Assembly (NCBI RefSeq): GCF_000737315.1
Contig: NZ_JMCB01000003.1
Location: 20,001 to 268,000 of the forward strand
From: Hyalangium minutum
GTDB taxonomy: Bacteria > Myxococcota > Myxococcia > Myxococcales > Myxococcaceae
Direction: 5' to 3'
DNA: 248,000 nucleotides
Positions 136,979 through 147,724 of this stretch are shown piece by piece. Position 1 is the stretch's first letter. Each line of letters begins with the position of its first letter. The notes beneath the pieces are model-generated. The model was not told where the DNA came from. It was given only the letters and a program-made list of their open reading frames with translations, and did no database searches. Position numbers and translations under genes: made by a program.

Positions 136979-138280
136979 ATGCGTCTCGTGAGGCCCGCCT
137001 GCTGCACCGCCGTGCTGCTCCTCCTGCTGGGGATGCCCCGGCCCGCGGCGGCCTTCTCCGTGGGCGACCACCAGGCCCTGACCGAGGCCGCGCTGAAGGC
137101 GGCAGGCTCCGAGGCGCGCCCGCTGCTCGCGGCACACCGTGACGCGGTGCTGCATGGCGCCACCGCCGAGGATCTCAACCTCCACGTGAAGTGGACCGGC
137201 TGGCACCACTTCTATTGCCCCGAGGGCTCACTCCATACCGCTCTGCGCCACGCCTCCGACGCCCGGGTGCGGGAACTCTGGGAGGAGGCCTTGGAGGCCG
137301 CACGCCACGGCGATCTGGAGCGTGCCTTCGATCGCGCGGGGCACCTTGCCCACCACGTGCAGGACATGGCCTCGCCACCCCACGTGGTGCCGGTGAACCA
137401 CGGGCTGTGGGATCGCTTCGAGCGGTATGGGGTCCGTGCCTCGCTGGCGCGGGCTCCGAGCCGCCAGGTGGCGCCACTTCCGGGTGCGGAGGCGCAGCAG
137501 GCGCTCGCGCGCGAGACACTGGCCGCCGTGCGGAGCGACTCACTGCCCACGTCTCACGGTCCGATCCCCTGGAGTGCCTTCTGGTCCGAGCCTTCCACCC
137601 GTGTCGCCGCAGCCTTCGGCAGTTACGGCGGAGAGGCGGGCAACGCGTTCGGCGTTCGCGAGGTGCGCTGGCAGGGCAAGCGCCACCCCATCGAGCCCGC
137701 AGGCTACGCTGCCTTCATGGACGCGCGGGTCTCCGGCGCGGTGGCGTACACCCGAGCCTTCCTCGAGTGGGCAAGTGATCGCTTCGAAGAGGTCGCCGCC
137801 GCGAAGGAGTCTGTCGCCTTGCGCGGCTTCCGCCCATCGCCCGAGCTGTCTCTGCAGCTCTTGGGCGGAGTGACCCGGGACTCGCGAGGAACCACCTCGG
137901 TGCTCGGCCTCCGCGCGGCACTCCCGCTGCCTCGTGCGTTCATGCTGTCGCTGGATTGGACTCGAGGTGTGGGCAGCATGCAGGCCGCGCGACGCTCGGG
138001 AGGCACGTCCCTGGTCCTGCTCACGCCGCCGCTGTGGACGGCCCGGCCCGGTTATCCCCTGGGGCTCGATCTGCGGGCCGCCGTGGGCGTGGGCCTGGTT
138101 CCTTGGGAGGGACAACAGCGGATCAGCGTACCTGCCGGGTTGCGCGCGCACGCGGCTCTGCCCACCCCCTTCTCCCTGAGCGCACAGGTGCTCTACCAGG
138201 GACTCCAGCCTCCCGGCGGCACGTGGAGCCATGGCGTCGCTTTCACCCTGGGAGCGGGTCTGGCCTGGGGAGACCGATAA
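136979..138280 (+). CDS. Zn-dependent phospholipase C/P1-nuclease-like domain with beta-rich C-terminus
   Basis: HQALT, HFY, GHLAHHVQDM..P.H, FE. Confidence 0.55.
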   Translation: MRLVRPACCTAVLLLLLGMPRPAAAFSVGDHQALTEAALKAAGSEARPLLAAHRDAVLHGATAEDLNLHVKWTGWHHFYCPEGSLHTALRHASDARVRELWEEALEAARHGDLERAFDRAGHLAHHVQDMASPPHVVPVNHGLWDRFERYGVRASLARAPSRQVAPLPGAEAQQALARETLAAVRSDSLPTSHGPIPWSAFWSEPSTRVAAAFGSYGGEAGNAFGVREVRWQGKRHPIEPAGYAAFMDARVSGAVAYTRAFLEWASDRFEEVAAAKESVALRGFRPSPELSLQLLGGVTRDSRGTTSVLGLRAALPLPRAFMLSLDWTRGVGSMQAARRSGGTSLVLLTPPLWTARPGYPLGLDLRAAVGVGLVPWEGQQRISVPAGLRAHAALPTPFSLSAQVLYQGLQPPGGTWSHGVAFTLGAGLAWGDR

Positions 138281-138376
138281 CCCTCCGGCATGTGGGGCGC
138301 GGTGCGGCATGAGCACCGGATCGTGACGGGCCGGTGGTTCCGTGTGGATCCATTTTCAGGTATTCCCTTCGCGCCC

Positions 138377-140101
138377 ATGACCCATTCCCACTCTTCCTCC
138401 TTCTCGAATGCGCGGGTGCGTCCCAGCGTCTTCAAGTTGCTCGGGGCCCTCGTTGCCGGCTCCGTGCTCACCCTCTCGGCTGGCTGCAGCGAAGATGAGC
138501 TGACGCCCGCGCAGGCGCCGACGAAGGTCCAGCTGATCGCCTTCAACGACTTCCACGGCAACCTGGAGCCCCCCACGGGGAGCAACGGCCGCATCCGGGT
138601 GCCGACCAGCGATGGGAAGGGCGCGGATGTGAACGCGGGCGGCGGCGCGTACCTCGCCTACCACATCGACAAGCTGCGCCAGCGCAACGAGAACACGGTG
138701 GTGGTGTCCGCGGGTGACCTGATCGGCGCCTCGCCGCTGGTGTCGGGCATCTTCCACGACGAGCCCACCATCGAGCTGATGAACCTGATCGGCCTGGACA
138801 TCAACGGCGTGGGCAACCACGAGTTCGATGACGGCCGCGACGAGCTGCTGCGCATGCAGAACGGCGGTTGCCACGCCAACGGCTGCGAGGCCAGCGCCTC
138901 GTTCCCGGGCGCGAAGTTCAAGTTCCTGTCGGCCAACGTGATCGACACGGTCTCCAACAAGCCCCTGCTGGACGCCTACACCATCAAGGAGTTCGGCGGC
139001 CAGAAGATCGCCTTCATCGGCATGACGCTGGAGGGCACCTCGACCATCGTGAACCTGGCCGGCATCGTGAACCTCTCCTTCAAGGACGAGGCGGACACGG
139101 TCAACGCGCTGGTCCCCGAGCTGAAGAGTCAGGGCGTGGAGGCCATCGTGGTGCTCATCCACGAGGGCGGTGCGCAGGTGGCCACGGGCTACTACAATGA
139201 GTGCGCCGGCATCTCCGGTCCCATCGTGGCGCTGACCGAGCGGTTCGATGACGCGGTGGACGTGGTCGTCTCCGGCCACACCCACCAGGCGTACAACTGC
139301 ACCATCGACGGCAAGCTCGTCACCAGCGCGGCCAGCCTCGGGCGCCTGCTCACCACCATTGATCTGACGCTGGATCCCTCCACGGGCGACATCGTGGAGA
139401 AGGTGGCCAACAACAACATCGTCACCCGCGACAACGCGAACACCCCGGCCGATACGCTGGTGAAGAAATACGTCAAAGACGCCACGCCCCTGGCCAGCCG
139501 CATCCTCGGCAACACGCCGGTGGAGCTGAAGGCCCCCATCCGGCCGCTGCCGGCGGGTATGTCGGGTGAGTCCATCCTGGGCAACATCGTTGCGGACGGG
139601 ATGCTCGCGGCCACCAAGGACGAGGCCAAGGGCGGCGCCGTGATCGCGTTCCAGAACCCGGGCGGCATCCGCGCGGACATCAACGCCGGGGACATCACCT
139701 TCGGCGAGGTCTTCACCGTTCAGCCCTTCGCCAACAACCTGGTGACGCTCACCCTGACGGGTGCCCAGATCGAGAAGGTGCTGGAGCAGCAGTGGGGCGC
139801 CAACGTCTCCATCATGCAGGTGTCCGAGGGTTTCTCCTACACCTGGAAGGAGTCGGGGCCGGCGGGGGACAAGATCGATCCGGCGAGCATCATGCTCAAC
139901 GGGACGGTGATTGACCCGGCGGCGAGCTACCGCGTGACGGTGAACAACTTCATGGCCAGCGGTGGTGACGGCTACCTGGCGTTCACCGAGGGCACGGGTC
140001 TGCTTACGGGTCCGATCGATCTCGACTCGCTCGAGGCCTACCTGCGGGTGAACAACCCGCTGACGGTCCCCTCGCTGGGCCGCATCACGCTCGTGCCGTA
140101 A
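138377..140101 (+). CDS. 5'-nucleotidase lipoprotein
   Basis: NDFHGNL, AGD, GNHEFD, GHTH, NPGGIR, QPFAN. Confidence 0.9.
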   Translation: MTHSHSSSFSNARVRPSVFKLLGALVAGSVLTLSAGCSEDELTPAQAPTKVQLIAFNDFHGNLEPPTGSNGRIRVPTSDGKGADVNAGGGAYLAYHIDKLRQRNENTVVVSAGDLIGASPLVSGIFHDEPTIELMNLIGLDINGVGNHEFDDGRDELLRMQNGGCHANGCEASASFPGAKFKFLSANVIDTVSNKPLLDAYTIKEFGGQKIAFIGMTLEGTSTIVNLAGIVNLSFKDEADTVNALVPELKSQGVEAIVVLIHEGGAQVATGYYNECAGISGPIVALTERFDDAVDVVVSGHTHQAYNCTIDGKLVTSAASLGRLLTTIDLTLDPSTGDIVEKVANNNIVTRDNANTPADTLVKKYVKDATPLASRILGNTPVELKAPIRPLPAGMSGESILGNIVADGMLAATKDEAKGGAVIAFQNPGGIRADINAGDITFGEVFTVQPFANNLVTLTLTGAQIEKVLEQQWGANVSIMQVSEGFSYTWKESGPAGDKIDPASIMLNGTVIDPAASYRVTVNNFMASGGDGYLAFTEGTGLLTGPIDLDSLEAYLRVNNPLTVPSLGRITLVP

Positions 140102-140172
140102 GCCGTTTCAGAGCGCCCCTCTCTCGGTTGCGGGAGGGGGAGGGGCGTGCTCTCCGCCCGCGGAGCTCCGCC

Positions 140173-141627
140173 ATGCATCTTCGTGAGTATGTGACCTTCG
140201 ATGGGCTCGGCCTGGCGGAGCTCGTCCGGCGTCGAGAGGTGAAGCCAGAGGAACTCGTCCAGGTGGCGCTGTCGGCCATCGAGGCGGTGAATCCTTCCCT
140301 CAACGCCGTCATTGGCCTGGTGGAGGCCGAGACTCGGGCCACGCTGGCCAAGCCGCTGCCCGAGGGCCCCTTCACCGGTGTTCCCTTCCTGATGAAGGAT
140401 CTGGTGTTGCACATGGCCGGGGTCCCCACGGACATGGGGAGCCGGCTCTTCCAGGGGATGGTGGCGCCTCACGACACCACGCTCATGGCGCGCTACCGGC
140501 GCGCGGGCCTCATCCCGCTGGGAAGGACCAACGCGCCCGAGCTGGGCTTCAACGCCAGCACCGAGCCCGTACTGCACGGCCCCACGCGCAACCCGTGGAA
140601 CCCGGAGTACAGCACGGGAGGTTCCAGCGGCGGCTCGGCGGCGGCGGTGAGCGCGGGCATGGTGCCCGTGGCCTATGCGAACGATGGTGCGGGCTCCATC
140701 CGCATCCCCGCCTCGCTGTGTGGCCTGTTCGGCCTGAAGCCCACGCGCGGCCGGACGCCGTCAGGGCCGGATGTGGCCGAGGGCCTGAACGGGCTGGGCG
140801 TGGAGCATGTGCTGTCGCGCTCGGTCCGCGACAGCGCGGCCCTGTTGGATGCCACGCTGGGGCCGGACGTGGGCGACCGGTACTCGATCACGCCTCCGGA
140901 GCGGCCGTATCTGGAGGAGGTGGCACGTGAGCCTGGGCGCCTGCGCATTGCCGTCACTTGGGATACGGGCGCTCAGGTTGCCGTGAGCCCCGAGTGCGTG
141001 GCCGCGGTGGAGGCCACCGCGAAGCTGTGCCGCGAGCTGGGGCATGAGGTGATCGAGGCGAAGCCCTCGTATCGCCCTCAGGCGATGTGGACCTCGCTGG
141101 CGGCGCTCTGGAGCTCGGGGACAGCGGCGTTGGTGGATGGGATGTCGGCGATGATGGGCCGCACGCCAGGGCCGGATGTGCTGGAGGCCTCGATCTGGGC
141201 CACCGTGCTGAAGGGCCGGGAGCTCACGGCGGTGGAGCTGCAGCGGGCCTTCGCGATCATGAACCACCTCTCGCGCGAGGTGGGCCGCTTCTTCCTGCAG
141301 TATGACGTGCTGCTCACGCCCACGCTGCCCTATGCGCCGTACCGGCTGGGGGTGCTGAACGCGAACGCGCCGACGACGGCGGACGAGTGGATGCAGCACG
141401 CCTTCGGCTACTGCGCGTTCACGGCCCTGTACAACCTCACCGGCCAGCCTGCCATGAACGTGCCGCTCCACTGGAGCGCCGAGGGCCTTCCCGTGGGCGT
141501 CCAGTTCGTGAGCCGCTTCGAGGATGAGGCGACGCTGTTCCGCCTGGCCGGGCAGTTGGAGCGGGCTCGGCCCTGGGCGAAGCGGACTCCGCCCATTCAT
141601 GCCGCGAGCGCTCGCGGGGCCGCCTGA
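140173..141627 (+). CDS. amidase signature family protein
   Basis: GGSSGGS, DGAGSIRIPA. Confidence 0.9.
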   Translation: MHLREYVTFDGLGLAELVRRREVKPEELVQVALSAIEAVNPSLNAVIGLVEAETRATLAKPLPEGPFTGVPFLMKDLVLHMAGVPTDMGSRLFQGMVAPHDTTLMARYRRAGLIPLGRTNAPELGFNASTEPVLHGPTRNPWNPEYSTGGSSGGSAAAVSAGMVPVAYANDGAGSIRIPASLCGLFGLKPTRGRTPSGPDVAEGLNGLGVEHVLSRSVRDSAALLDATLGPDVGDRYSITPPERPYLEEVAREPGRLRIAVTWDTGAQVAVSPECVAAVEATAKLCRELGHEVIEAKPSYRPQAMWTSLAALWSSGTAALVDGMSAMMGRTPGPDVLEASIWATVLKGRELTAVELQRAFAIMNHLSREVGRFFLQYDVLLTPTLPYAPYRLGVLNANAPTTADEWMQHAFGYCAFTALYNLTGQPAMNVPLHWSAEGLPVGVQFVSRFEDEATLFRLAGQLERARPWAKRTPPIHAASARGAA

Positions 141628-141705
141628 GAGGGGCGCTCCGGCAGCAGCGCAATGCGTTAGGAAAAGATGCTATGAGCACCAATGAAATGGTATGAGCCCC
141701 AATTA

Positions 141706-142131
141706 ATGAGGGTTCTGCTGGCCAACCACCACCTGCAGTACCGAGCGGGGTCCGAGCTTTACTGCCTGGAACTTGCGACGGCCCTGCAGCGGGTGGGTCA
141801 TTGGGAGGCGGAGGAGCAGGCCCGGCGCGCCGAGCACGAGAGGCTCTTGGCACAGCTTCAGCACCAGCGATCCGAGCTGGAGGCACGGGCTCGGGCGTTG
141901 GAGGCGGAGCTGGGTGCGAAGGTCGGCGAGGCCGCGAACCTCCAGGCGGAGCTGGCGTCCGAGCAGCTCTTTCGCCAGCAGCGAGAGCAGGAACTGGAGG
142001 CCATCCACACCAGCATGGCGTGGAAGGGCGTCAACCTGCTGCGTGCCCTCAAGGATCGAACCCTCTTCGTGCCACACACCCGGAGCCGGTGGATCTACGA
142101 CCGAGTCTTGCAGCGGCTCAAGGCGCAGTGA
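141706..142131 (+). pseudogene. internally deleted glycosyltransferase relic (GT4 N-terminus joined to coiled-coil tail)
   Basis: MRVLLANHHL..RAGSELY..ELA.AL...GH abruptly followed by heptad repeats and ..SMAWK..LLR.LK. Confidence 0.55.
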
Positions 142132-142160
142132 GGGCAGGGAAGGAAGGGATCTGGGGCGGC

Positions 142161-144098
142161 TTATTTCCGCCGCGAGGGGCACCGGCCGCAGTGCTCCGAG
142201 AGGTGGAGCGCGTACACCACCCCTGCGGTTTCGTTGCGTGCCAGCAGCTCCGTGGGCTTGGACTGCACCCCGCGCGCGAACGCCTGCACCGTCTTCCACG
142301 CCGTCTTGGGATCTGGGGAGAACAGTGCCCCGTGGGCCGAGTCCTCCCACTGCAGCGTGCTCATCCAGTACTCCCAGCGGCCCGCGTCGGCGGACTCGGG
142401 CAGGGCGATCTCCGAGACCCGGGCCTCCTTGAACAGTGGCTTCACTTGAAGCTGGGCCTCGTAGCGCTCCACCTCGAGCGGCAGCTCGAACAGGAAGAGG
142501 CGCCCCGGCGGAGCCCCGGAGCCGGCGCGCACCGTCACCCGCATTCGAGAAGGCCTCGGGTACGCATCCTCCAGGCGCGCGGTGGCCTTCACGTACGCCG
142601 TGATCACATCCGAGTGGTCCGTGAGGGCCTCGTCCACCGCCACCTTGTTGCGCAGCACGTGCTCGCGCTCCTTGGCGTCGTACTCGGACAGGTCCGACAG
142701 GCACACGTCGCACGGTGAGGTGAGCCCCGTTATCAGCGCGCAGACGCTCCCCGACGGCTTCGAATATTCGCCGTCGGGATCGAACTCCAGCGTCTCGACC
142801 TGCGCCGCCAGCGGCGAGCCCGAGCACCCGTAGATGCTCGTCACCGTCTCGATCTTCCACTCCTTGCTCTGGGCCAGTGTCCCTCCCGGCGCTGCTTCCT
142901 TCATCCGGACTGCCGCGGCCACCGCCAACCGGTAGCGCTCGCCGTGGAAGGCCTCGTCGATCAGCGCCGGAGCAACCTGCGGCACTTCCTGGGGCTCGGC
143001 GATGATGAGGGCTCGTTTCAGCAACTCCATCCGCTCCTGGCCGTGCTCCTCACGAGAGAGGGTGTTCACCTGGGCCAGGTGCTCGGTGGCGCTGAGGCGC
143101 TTCGCCTGGAGGACCGCGAGCCGCATGTATCCCCGCGAGCTGAGGCCCCGCTGTTCGGGAGAGAGCGCCGCGGTCTCGCCCGCGTCGATCTTCGCCAGAT
143201 CCCCCAGGTTCACCGCCATCCACGGCGTCTTCTTCGCGACGAGCGCCACGTGAGCCCACGGCCCTTGGACGTTGAGCACCTCCACGGCTGCGTTCACCGG
143301 GAGCATGGTCACGATGGCATCTCGATCATCCGGGCCCTCGCGCACCGAGGCCCGGTACGGGATGACATAGCCCTGGGTACCCTTGGCGGGAGGCGCGGCC
143401 TCCGTGGCCGCCTTCTCCGTGAAGTCAATCAGCTCTCGCCCCAGCTCTCCTGGCTCCGTCTCAGCGACGGTGATCGCCTCCACGAGCGCACCGCTCCGGC
143501 CGTTGCCCTCGGCCATCGCCAGGGCTGCCTTCGCCAGCGGCTTCGCTCGCTCGAAGTCTCCCTTCTTGAGGTACTCGCTGGAGGCCTCCAGCAGGTTGCG
143601 CGTCAGAGGCTTCTCCGCCGAGAGCCCGAACTCGTCCACGTAGCCGCGCAGCGCCCCTCCTTGGATCACCCCGTGGTACTCCGCCGCGCCGGGAGGCTCC
143701 TGGGCCAGCAGCTGAACCTCCGTGCCCAGCTTCAGCGTCTCCACGACGCGCCCCGAGGACTCCCGCGTCGCATGCACGGGCACCTCCTCCAGCCGCACGA
143801 ACCGGGTCTCGCCTCGGAGCGGGTAGGGGGCCAGTCCATCGAGCTTCGTCCAGCGGGTGCCTCCCTTCGCCTCGATGCGGTACCACGCCGCGTCCTCCCA
143901 GAACCGAGGGGAGTGCACCTGGACCCGTGCGCCCAGCGGCAGCTTCTCCACCACGTCGGCGTCGTCGCGCGCCTCGCTCCGGAGCTCCAGGCTGTCCTGG
144001 GTGACGGTCATCTCCTGCGAGGAGCCGCAGGCCCCACCGAGCAGCAGCACCAGGGCCCAGGCCACGGCATGGAGCAACGAGAGCGTTCGCGAGCGCAT
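142161..144098 (-). CDS. SH3-like domain lipoprotein
   Basis: lipobox GGAC; repeated LR..P..VV..L..G..V. Confidence 0.55.
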   Translation of the reverse strand: MRSRTLSLLHAVAWALVLLLGGACGSSQEMTVTQDSLELRSEARDDADVVEKLPLGARVQVHSPRFWEDAAWYRIEAKGGTRWTKLDGLAPYPLRGETRFVRLEEVPVHATRESSGRVVETLKLGTEVQLLAQEPPGAAEYHGVIQGGALRGYVDEFGLSAEKPLTRNLLEASSEYLKKGDFERAKPLAKAALAMAEGNGRSGALVEAITVAETEPGELGRELIDFTEKAATEAAPPAKGTQGYVIPYRASVREGPDDRDAIVTMLPVNAAVEVLNVQGPWAHVALVAKKTPWMAVNLGDLAKIDAGETAALSPEQRGLSSRGYMRLAVLQAKRLSATEHLAQVNTLSREEHGQERMELLKRALIIAEPQEVPQVAPALIDEAFHGERYRLAVAAAVRMKEAAPGGTLAQSKEWKIETVTSIYGCSGSPLAAQVETLEFDPDGEYSKPSGSVCALITGLTSPCDVCLSDLSEYDAKEREHVLRNKVAVDEALTDHSDVITAYVKATARLEDAYPRPSRMRVTVRAGSGAPPGRLFLFELPLEVERYEAQLQVKPLFKEARVSEIALPESADAGRWEYWMSTLQWEDSAHGALFSPDPKTAWKTVQAFARGVQSKPTELLARNETAGVVYALHLSEHCGRCPSRRK

Positions 144099-144161
144099 GT
144101 GGCCCGCAGGAAACCCCATCGAGCGGCCCTCGACAATGGCGGCAGAGCCCGGCGCCGCGGT

Positions 144162-145013
144162 TCACCCGCGATAGATGGGGGTGGGAGAGGGGGGCGTGGT
144201 GGCCGGGAGGATCTGCCGGAGCGCTTCGTTGATGGTGCGCCGGTGCCGCCACTGCTTCGGATACCCGAGCGACACCTCCTCGAAGCGCACGCCTTCCTCC
144301 CAGAAGGTGAGAGGGATGTGCAGGTGGCCGGTGACGACGACCTCGGCCCGGAAGCGCTGGGGCCAGTCCTCGGTCTGCCGCGTCCCGCACCAGATGGAGA
144401 AGCGGGGGATGCGCGGGAGGCGGGCGTGGTGCCGGCGCAGCGGGAAGTGGTTGACGAGGATCGTCGCGCAATCCGAGGGCAGGGCCTCCAGGCGCTTTCG
144501 GGTCTGCTCACAGCGCGCGGCGCACCACGCGGAGCGCGAGGGGTACGGATCGGGGAACAGGAGCGACTCGTCCGCGCACAGCACACCGGACTCCACGGCC
144601 CAATTCACCGCGTCCTGCTCGGGGACGTCATCCGGGCGGAACGAGTAGTCATAGAGCAAGAAGAGCGGCGCGATGATCCGCGGAGGGCCCTCTCCGGGCC
144701 ACCGGGGATACGGGTCCTCGGGCGTGAGGACTCCGTGGCTCCGGCACACGTCGACGAGCTGCTGGTACTGAGCCTCTCCCCGAGGTGCCGAGGGGCTCTG
144801 GGAGAGTGTCCACAGCTCGTGGTTGCCGGGGACCCAGAGGAGCTGCCGGAAGCGCGGAGCCAGCGTCTCGAAGGCAAACTCCAGATCCTCGGGAGCCTCG
144901 CCCACGTCTCCGGCGACGATGAGCCAGTCGTCCGGGTGAGGCGAGAGCTGCGCGAGGGCCTCACGGTTCTCGGGGGCACGGACGTGGAGATCGCTGATGG
145001 CGTAGAGCTTCAT
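144162..145013 (-). CDS. calcineurin-like metallophosphoesterase
   Basis: SDLH, AGD, PGNHE, GHLH. Confidence 0.88.
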   Translation of the reverse strand: MKLYAISDLHVRAPENREALAQLSPHPDDWLIVAGDVGEAPEDLEFAFETLAPRFRQLLWVPGNHELWTLSQSPSAPRGEAQYQQLVDVCRSHGVLTPEDPYPRWPGEGPPRIIAPLFLLYDYSFRPDDVPEQDAVNWAVESGVLCADESLLFPDPYPSRSAWCAARCEQTRKRLEALPSDCATILVNHFPLRRHHARLPRIPRFSIWCGTRQTEDWPQRFRAEVVVTGHLHIPLTFWEEGVRFEEVSLGYPKQWRHRRTINEALRQILPATTPPSPTPIYRG

Positions 145014-145088
145014 GTCCGGGTGTCTGGCTCACCGTGAGTGGTGAAAGAGCTGTTGTGCCTGCGGGAATCCTGAGTCTACACCTTCGGC

Positions 145089-146243
145089 ATGGAGACGCAG
145101 AGGACGGTCCTGATTGCGGGAGGCGGTATTGGAGGGCTCACCCTGGGAGTGGCGCTGCGCCGGGCTGGCTTCTCGGTCCGGGTCTTCGAGCGTGCGGCCT
145201 CCCTGCGCCCTGTGGGGGCGGGCATCACCATGCAGACCAACGCGATCCTCGCGTTCCGGACGATCGGGCTCGACGCCGAGGTCGCCGCGGCGGGCCAGGC
145301 CATGCAGCGTGGCTCCATTCTCGATTGGCGAGGCCGCTCGCTCGGGACGATGCTCGTGGGGGAGATGGCCCAGGAGCTTGGCGCTCCGATGATCGCCATT
145401 CACCGGGCCCGGCTCCAGGAAGTGCTCCAGAAGGCCCTGGGGCCGGAGCCGCTGACGCTGGGCACTCAAGTGGTGGGCTTCCGTGAGGAACCCGGAAGCG
145501 TCGTTGCCCGGCTCTCTGATGGCAGCGAGGTTTCGGGAGAGCTCCTGGTGGGTGCCGACGGCCTGCGCTCCACCGTGCGCGCGCAGCTCCTCCAGGATGG
145601 TGATCCCCCATACGCGGGGTACACGAGCTGGCGGGGCGTGTGCGAGGTCCCCGGAGTCGCGGACACGGCCTTCACCTCGGAGAGCTGGGGCCAGGGTCTG
145701 CGCTTCGGCATCGTGCCCATCGGACAGGGGCGCACCTACTGGTTCGCCACCGCCAACGCTCCTGCGGGCGGAGTGGACACCCCGGATGCCTACGGCGAGC
145801 TGCTGCTCCGCTTTGGCCACTGGCACTCGCCGATTCGAGCCCTCATCGAGCAGACGCCGGTCACGGCCATCGTTCGCACCGACATCTATGATCGTCCGCC
145901 GGTGCAGAGCTGGGCGCGGGGGCGCGTGGTGTTGCTCGGGGACGCGGCGCACCCGATGACGCCCAACATGGGGCAGGGTGGGGGACAGGCGGTGGAGGAT
146001 GCGGTGGTGCTCGCACGGTGCCTGGCCTCCGAGCCGGAGCTGTCCACCGCGCTGACCCGCTACCAGGCCTTGCGTGTGACTCGCGCCAACGGCTTTGTGA
146101 GCCAGTCGCGGCGGCTCGGAGAGGTGGGGCAGTGGGGGAACCCGCTGGCGTGCTGGGTGCGAGACCGGCTCTTCCAGCTCGTGCCCCAGAGCAGCATCCG
146201 CGCCAACCTCCGCCGCGTTTTGACGTTCAAGGCCCAGCCATGA
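145089..146243 (+). CDS. FAD-dependent monooxygenase
   Basis: GGGIGG, GADG..S, GDAAH.MTP..GQG...AVEDA. Confidence 0.9.
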   Translation: METQRTVLIAGGGIGGLTLGVALRRAGFSVRVFERAASLRPVGAGITMQTNAILAFRTIGLDAEVAAAGQAMQRGSILDWRGRSLGTMLVGEMAQELGAPMIAIHRARLQEVLQKALGPEPLTLGTQVVGFREEPGSVVARLSDGSEVSGELLVGADGLRSTVRAQLLQDGDPPYAGYTSWRGVCEVPGVADTAFTSESWGQGLRFGIVPIGQGRTYWFATANAPAGGVDTPDAYGELLLRFGHWHSPIRALIEQTPVTAIVRTDIYDRPPVQSWARGRVVLLGDAAHPMTPNMGQGGGQAVEDAVVLARCLASEPELSTALTRYQALRVTRANGFVSQSRRLGEVGQWGNPLACWVRDRLFQLVPQSSIRANLRRVLTFKAQP

Positions 146244-146295
146244 GTTGCTGGCGCGCGAGCGATCCGGGGAGAGCCTTCTGCGGTAGGCTGTCCCC

Positions 146296-146949
146296 GTGTT
146301 CCCTCTCCGCATCGTACTGAGTCTCTGTCTGCTCACGGCGAGCGTTTCCTTCGCCCAATCAGCTCCCGTGGATGCTCCCTCTGAGCAGGCTGCGCCGAAG
146401 GGCGAGCTCTTCCCCTACCAGTACAAGTACGAGACCGAGGACTCTCCCGCGCTCGTGTTTCCGCGCGTCGTCGCGGAGGTGTTCGGCGGGGTGCTCGGCG
146501 GCGTGGGGATGGGCATCGTGGGGCTGCTCGCGGGCGTCTCCGCGCTCGAGGATGTGAGCTGCGGCTCGGGCGAGGTGTGCGCGGCCACCATCCTCATCAT
146601 CACGGTGCCGGCTGTGTTCGTGGGCATTCCCTTGGGCGTCCAGTACGCCGCGCAAGGACTGGGAGGCCGAGGCGATTTCCTACCGTCGCTCGCGGGCACT
146701 TTGTTGGGCACCGGGGCCGGGCTCCTCTACGGCTTGAGCCAGGACGGACCGGGCTACATGGCGGTGGGCCTTATCGTGGGGCCAGTCCTGGGCGCCGTGA
146801 TCGGATACGAGATCTCCCACGCGATGAACGCGTCTAGCTCCTACCAGGCGAGGGCTGGGAGTTCCTCCGCTCAAGCCTTGCGCGTGGCGCCGTTGATCGG
146901 CGCGACGCCTCGGGGCGGCTTCCTCGGAGGGCTGTCCGGGAGCTTCTAG
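146296..146949 (+). CDS. hypothetical exported protein (paralog of 74373)
   Basis: GAVIGYEISH..TPRGGFLGGLSGSF. Confidence 0.55.
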   Translation: MFPLRIVLSLCLLTASVSFAQSAPVDAPSEQAAPKGELFPYQYKYETEDSPALVFPRVVAEVFGGVLGGVGMGIVGLLAGVSALEDVSCGSGEVCAATILIITVPAVFVGIPLGVQYAAQGLGGRGDFLPSLAGTLLGTGAGLLYGLSQDGPGYMAVGLIVGPVLGAVIGYEISHAMNASSSYQARAGSSSAQALRVAPLIGATPRGGFLGGLSGSF

Positions 146950-146952
146950 CCG

Positions 146953-147480
146953 TCACCCGCTGCTCGAGCCCATGTGGCCCGGCGGGTTGCGCAGCCGCGT
147001 GTAGAGCGTCTCCGTCAGCAGGTACCAGAACTGCACGTACCCGATGCTCAGGATGTCCCCATCCTTGAGCGTCACCTCGCGCTTCATGATGATCGTCCCG
147101 TTGAGGAACGTGCCGTTGCGCGAGCCCAGGTCCTTCATCGTGCAGCGGCGATCGGCCTCGTTCCACTGCAGCACCGCGTGTTGCTTGGACACCGAGCCGT
147201 CATCCAGCACCACGTCGCAGTCCGGCAGTCGCCCGATCATCAGCGAGTCCTGCTCCTTCAGCGGCGGGAGGGTGGCCACCAGCAGGTCCTCGAACTCGAA
147301 CAGCAGCGAGAGCATCCCCTGCTCGATGGTGCCCCGGTTCGCCGTGTGCGTCGGGTCCAACACCGCCGAGGACTCAGGGCTCGGGGGCCGCTGAATCAGC
147401 ACGAAGGGCCCGAGCTGCTGGCGGAACTTCGCCTGCGTGAGAGCGGAGCCGAGCGCTCGCATTTCCTTGACCGAGATCAT
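146953..147480 (-). CDS. FHA-domain protein
   Basis: IGR, SVSKQHA, GSRNGT. Confidence 0.85.
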   Translation of the reverse strand: MISVKEMRALGSALTQAKFRQQLGPFVLIQRPPSPESSAVLDPTHTANRGTIEQGMLSLLFEFEDLLVATLPPLKEQDSLMIGRLPDCDVVLDDGSVSKQHAVLQWNEADRRCTMKDLGSRNGTFLNGTIIMKREVTLKDGDILSIGYVQFWYLLTETLYTRLRNPPGHMGSSSG

Positions 147481-147724
147481 CGTGGGTCCACCTTAATAGA
147501 TCGCCGTCATGCCCACCCGCAGATCCGCACCCAGGGTCCGCGTCCAGGTCCAGGGTTCACCGGTCACCACCCCGGGACCTTTCCGGCAGCCTCGCCCGCT
147601 GCTTTCGTTTGCCCGGTTGCCGTTCGTCTCCTACATTCGGAAACTTCGTAAAGGCTGCTCCGGGTACCCCCGGCGAGGGGGCGGACAGGCGAACACTCAT
147701 CTGGTGGCGGAAGGAGCTGTGTCG

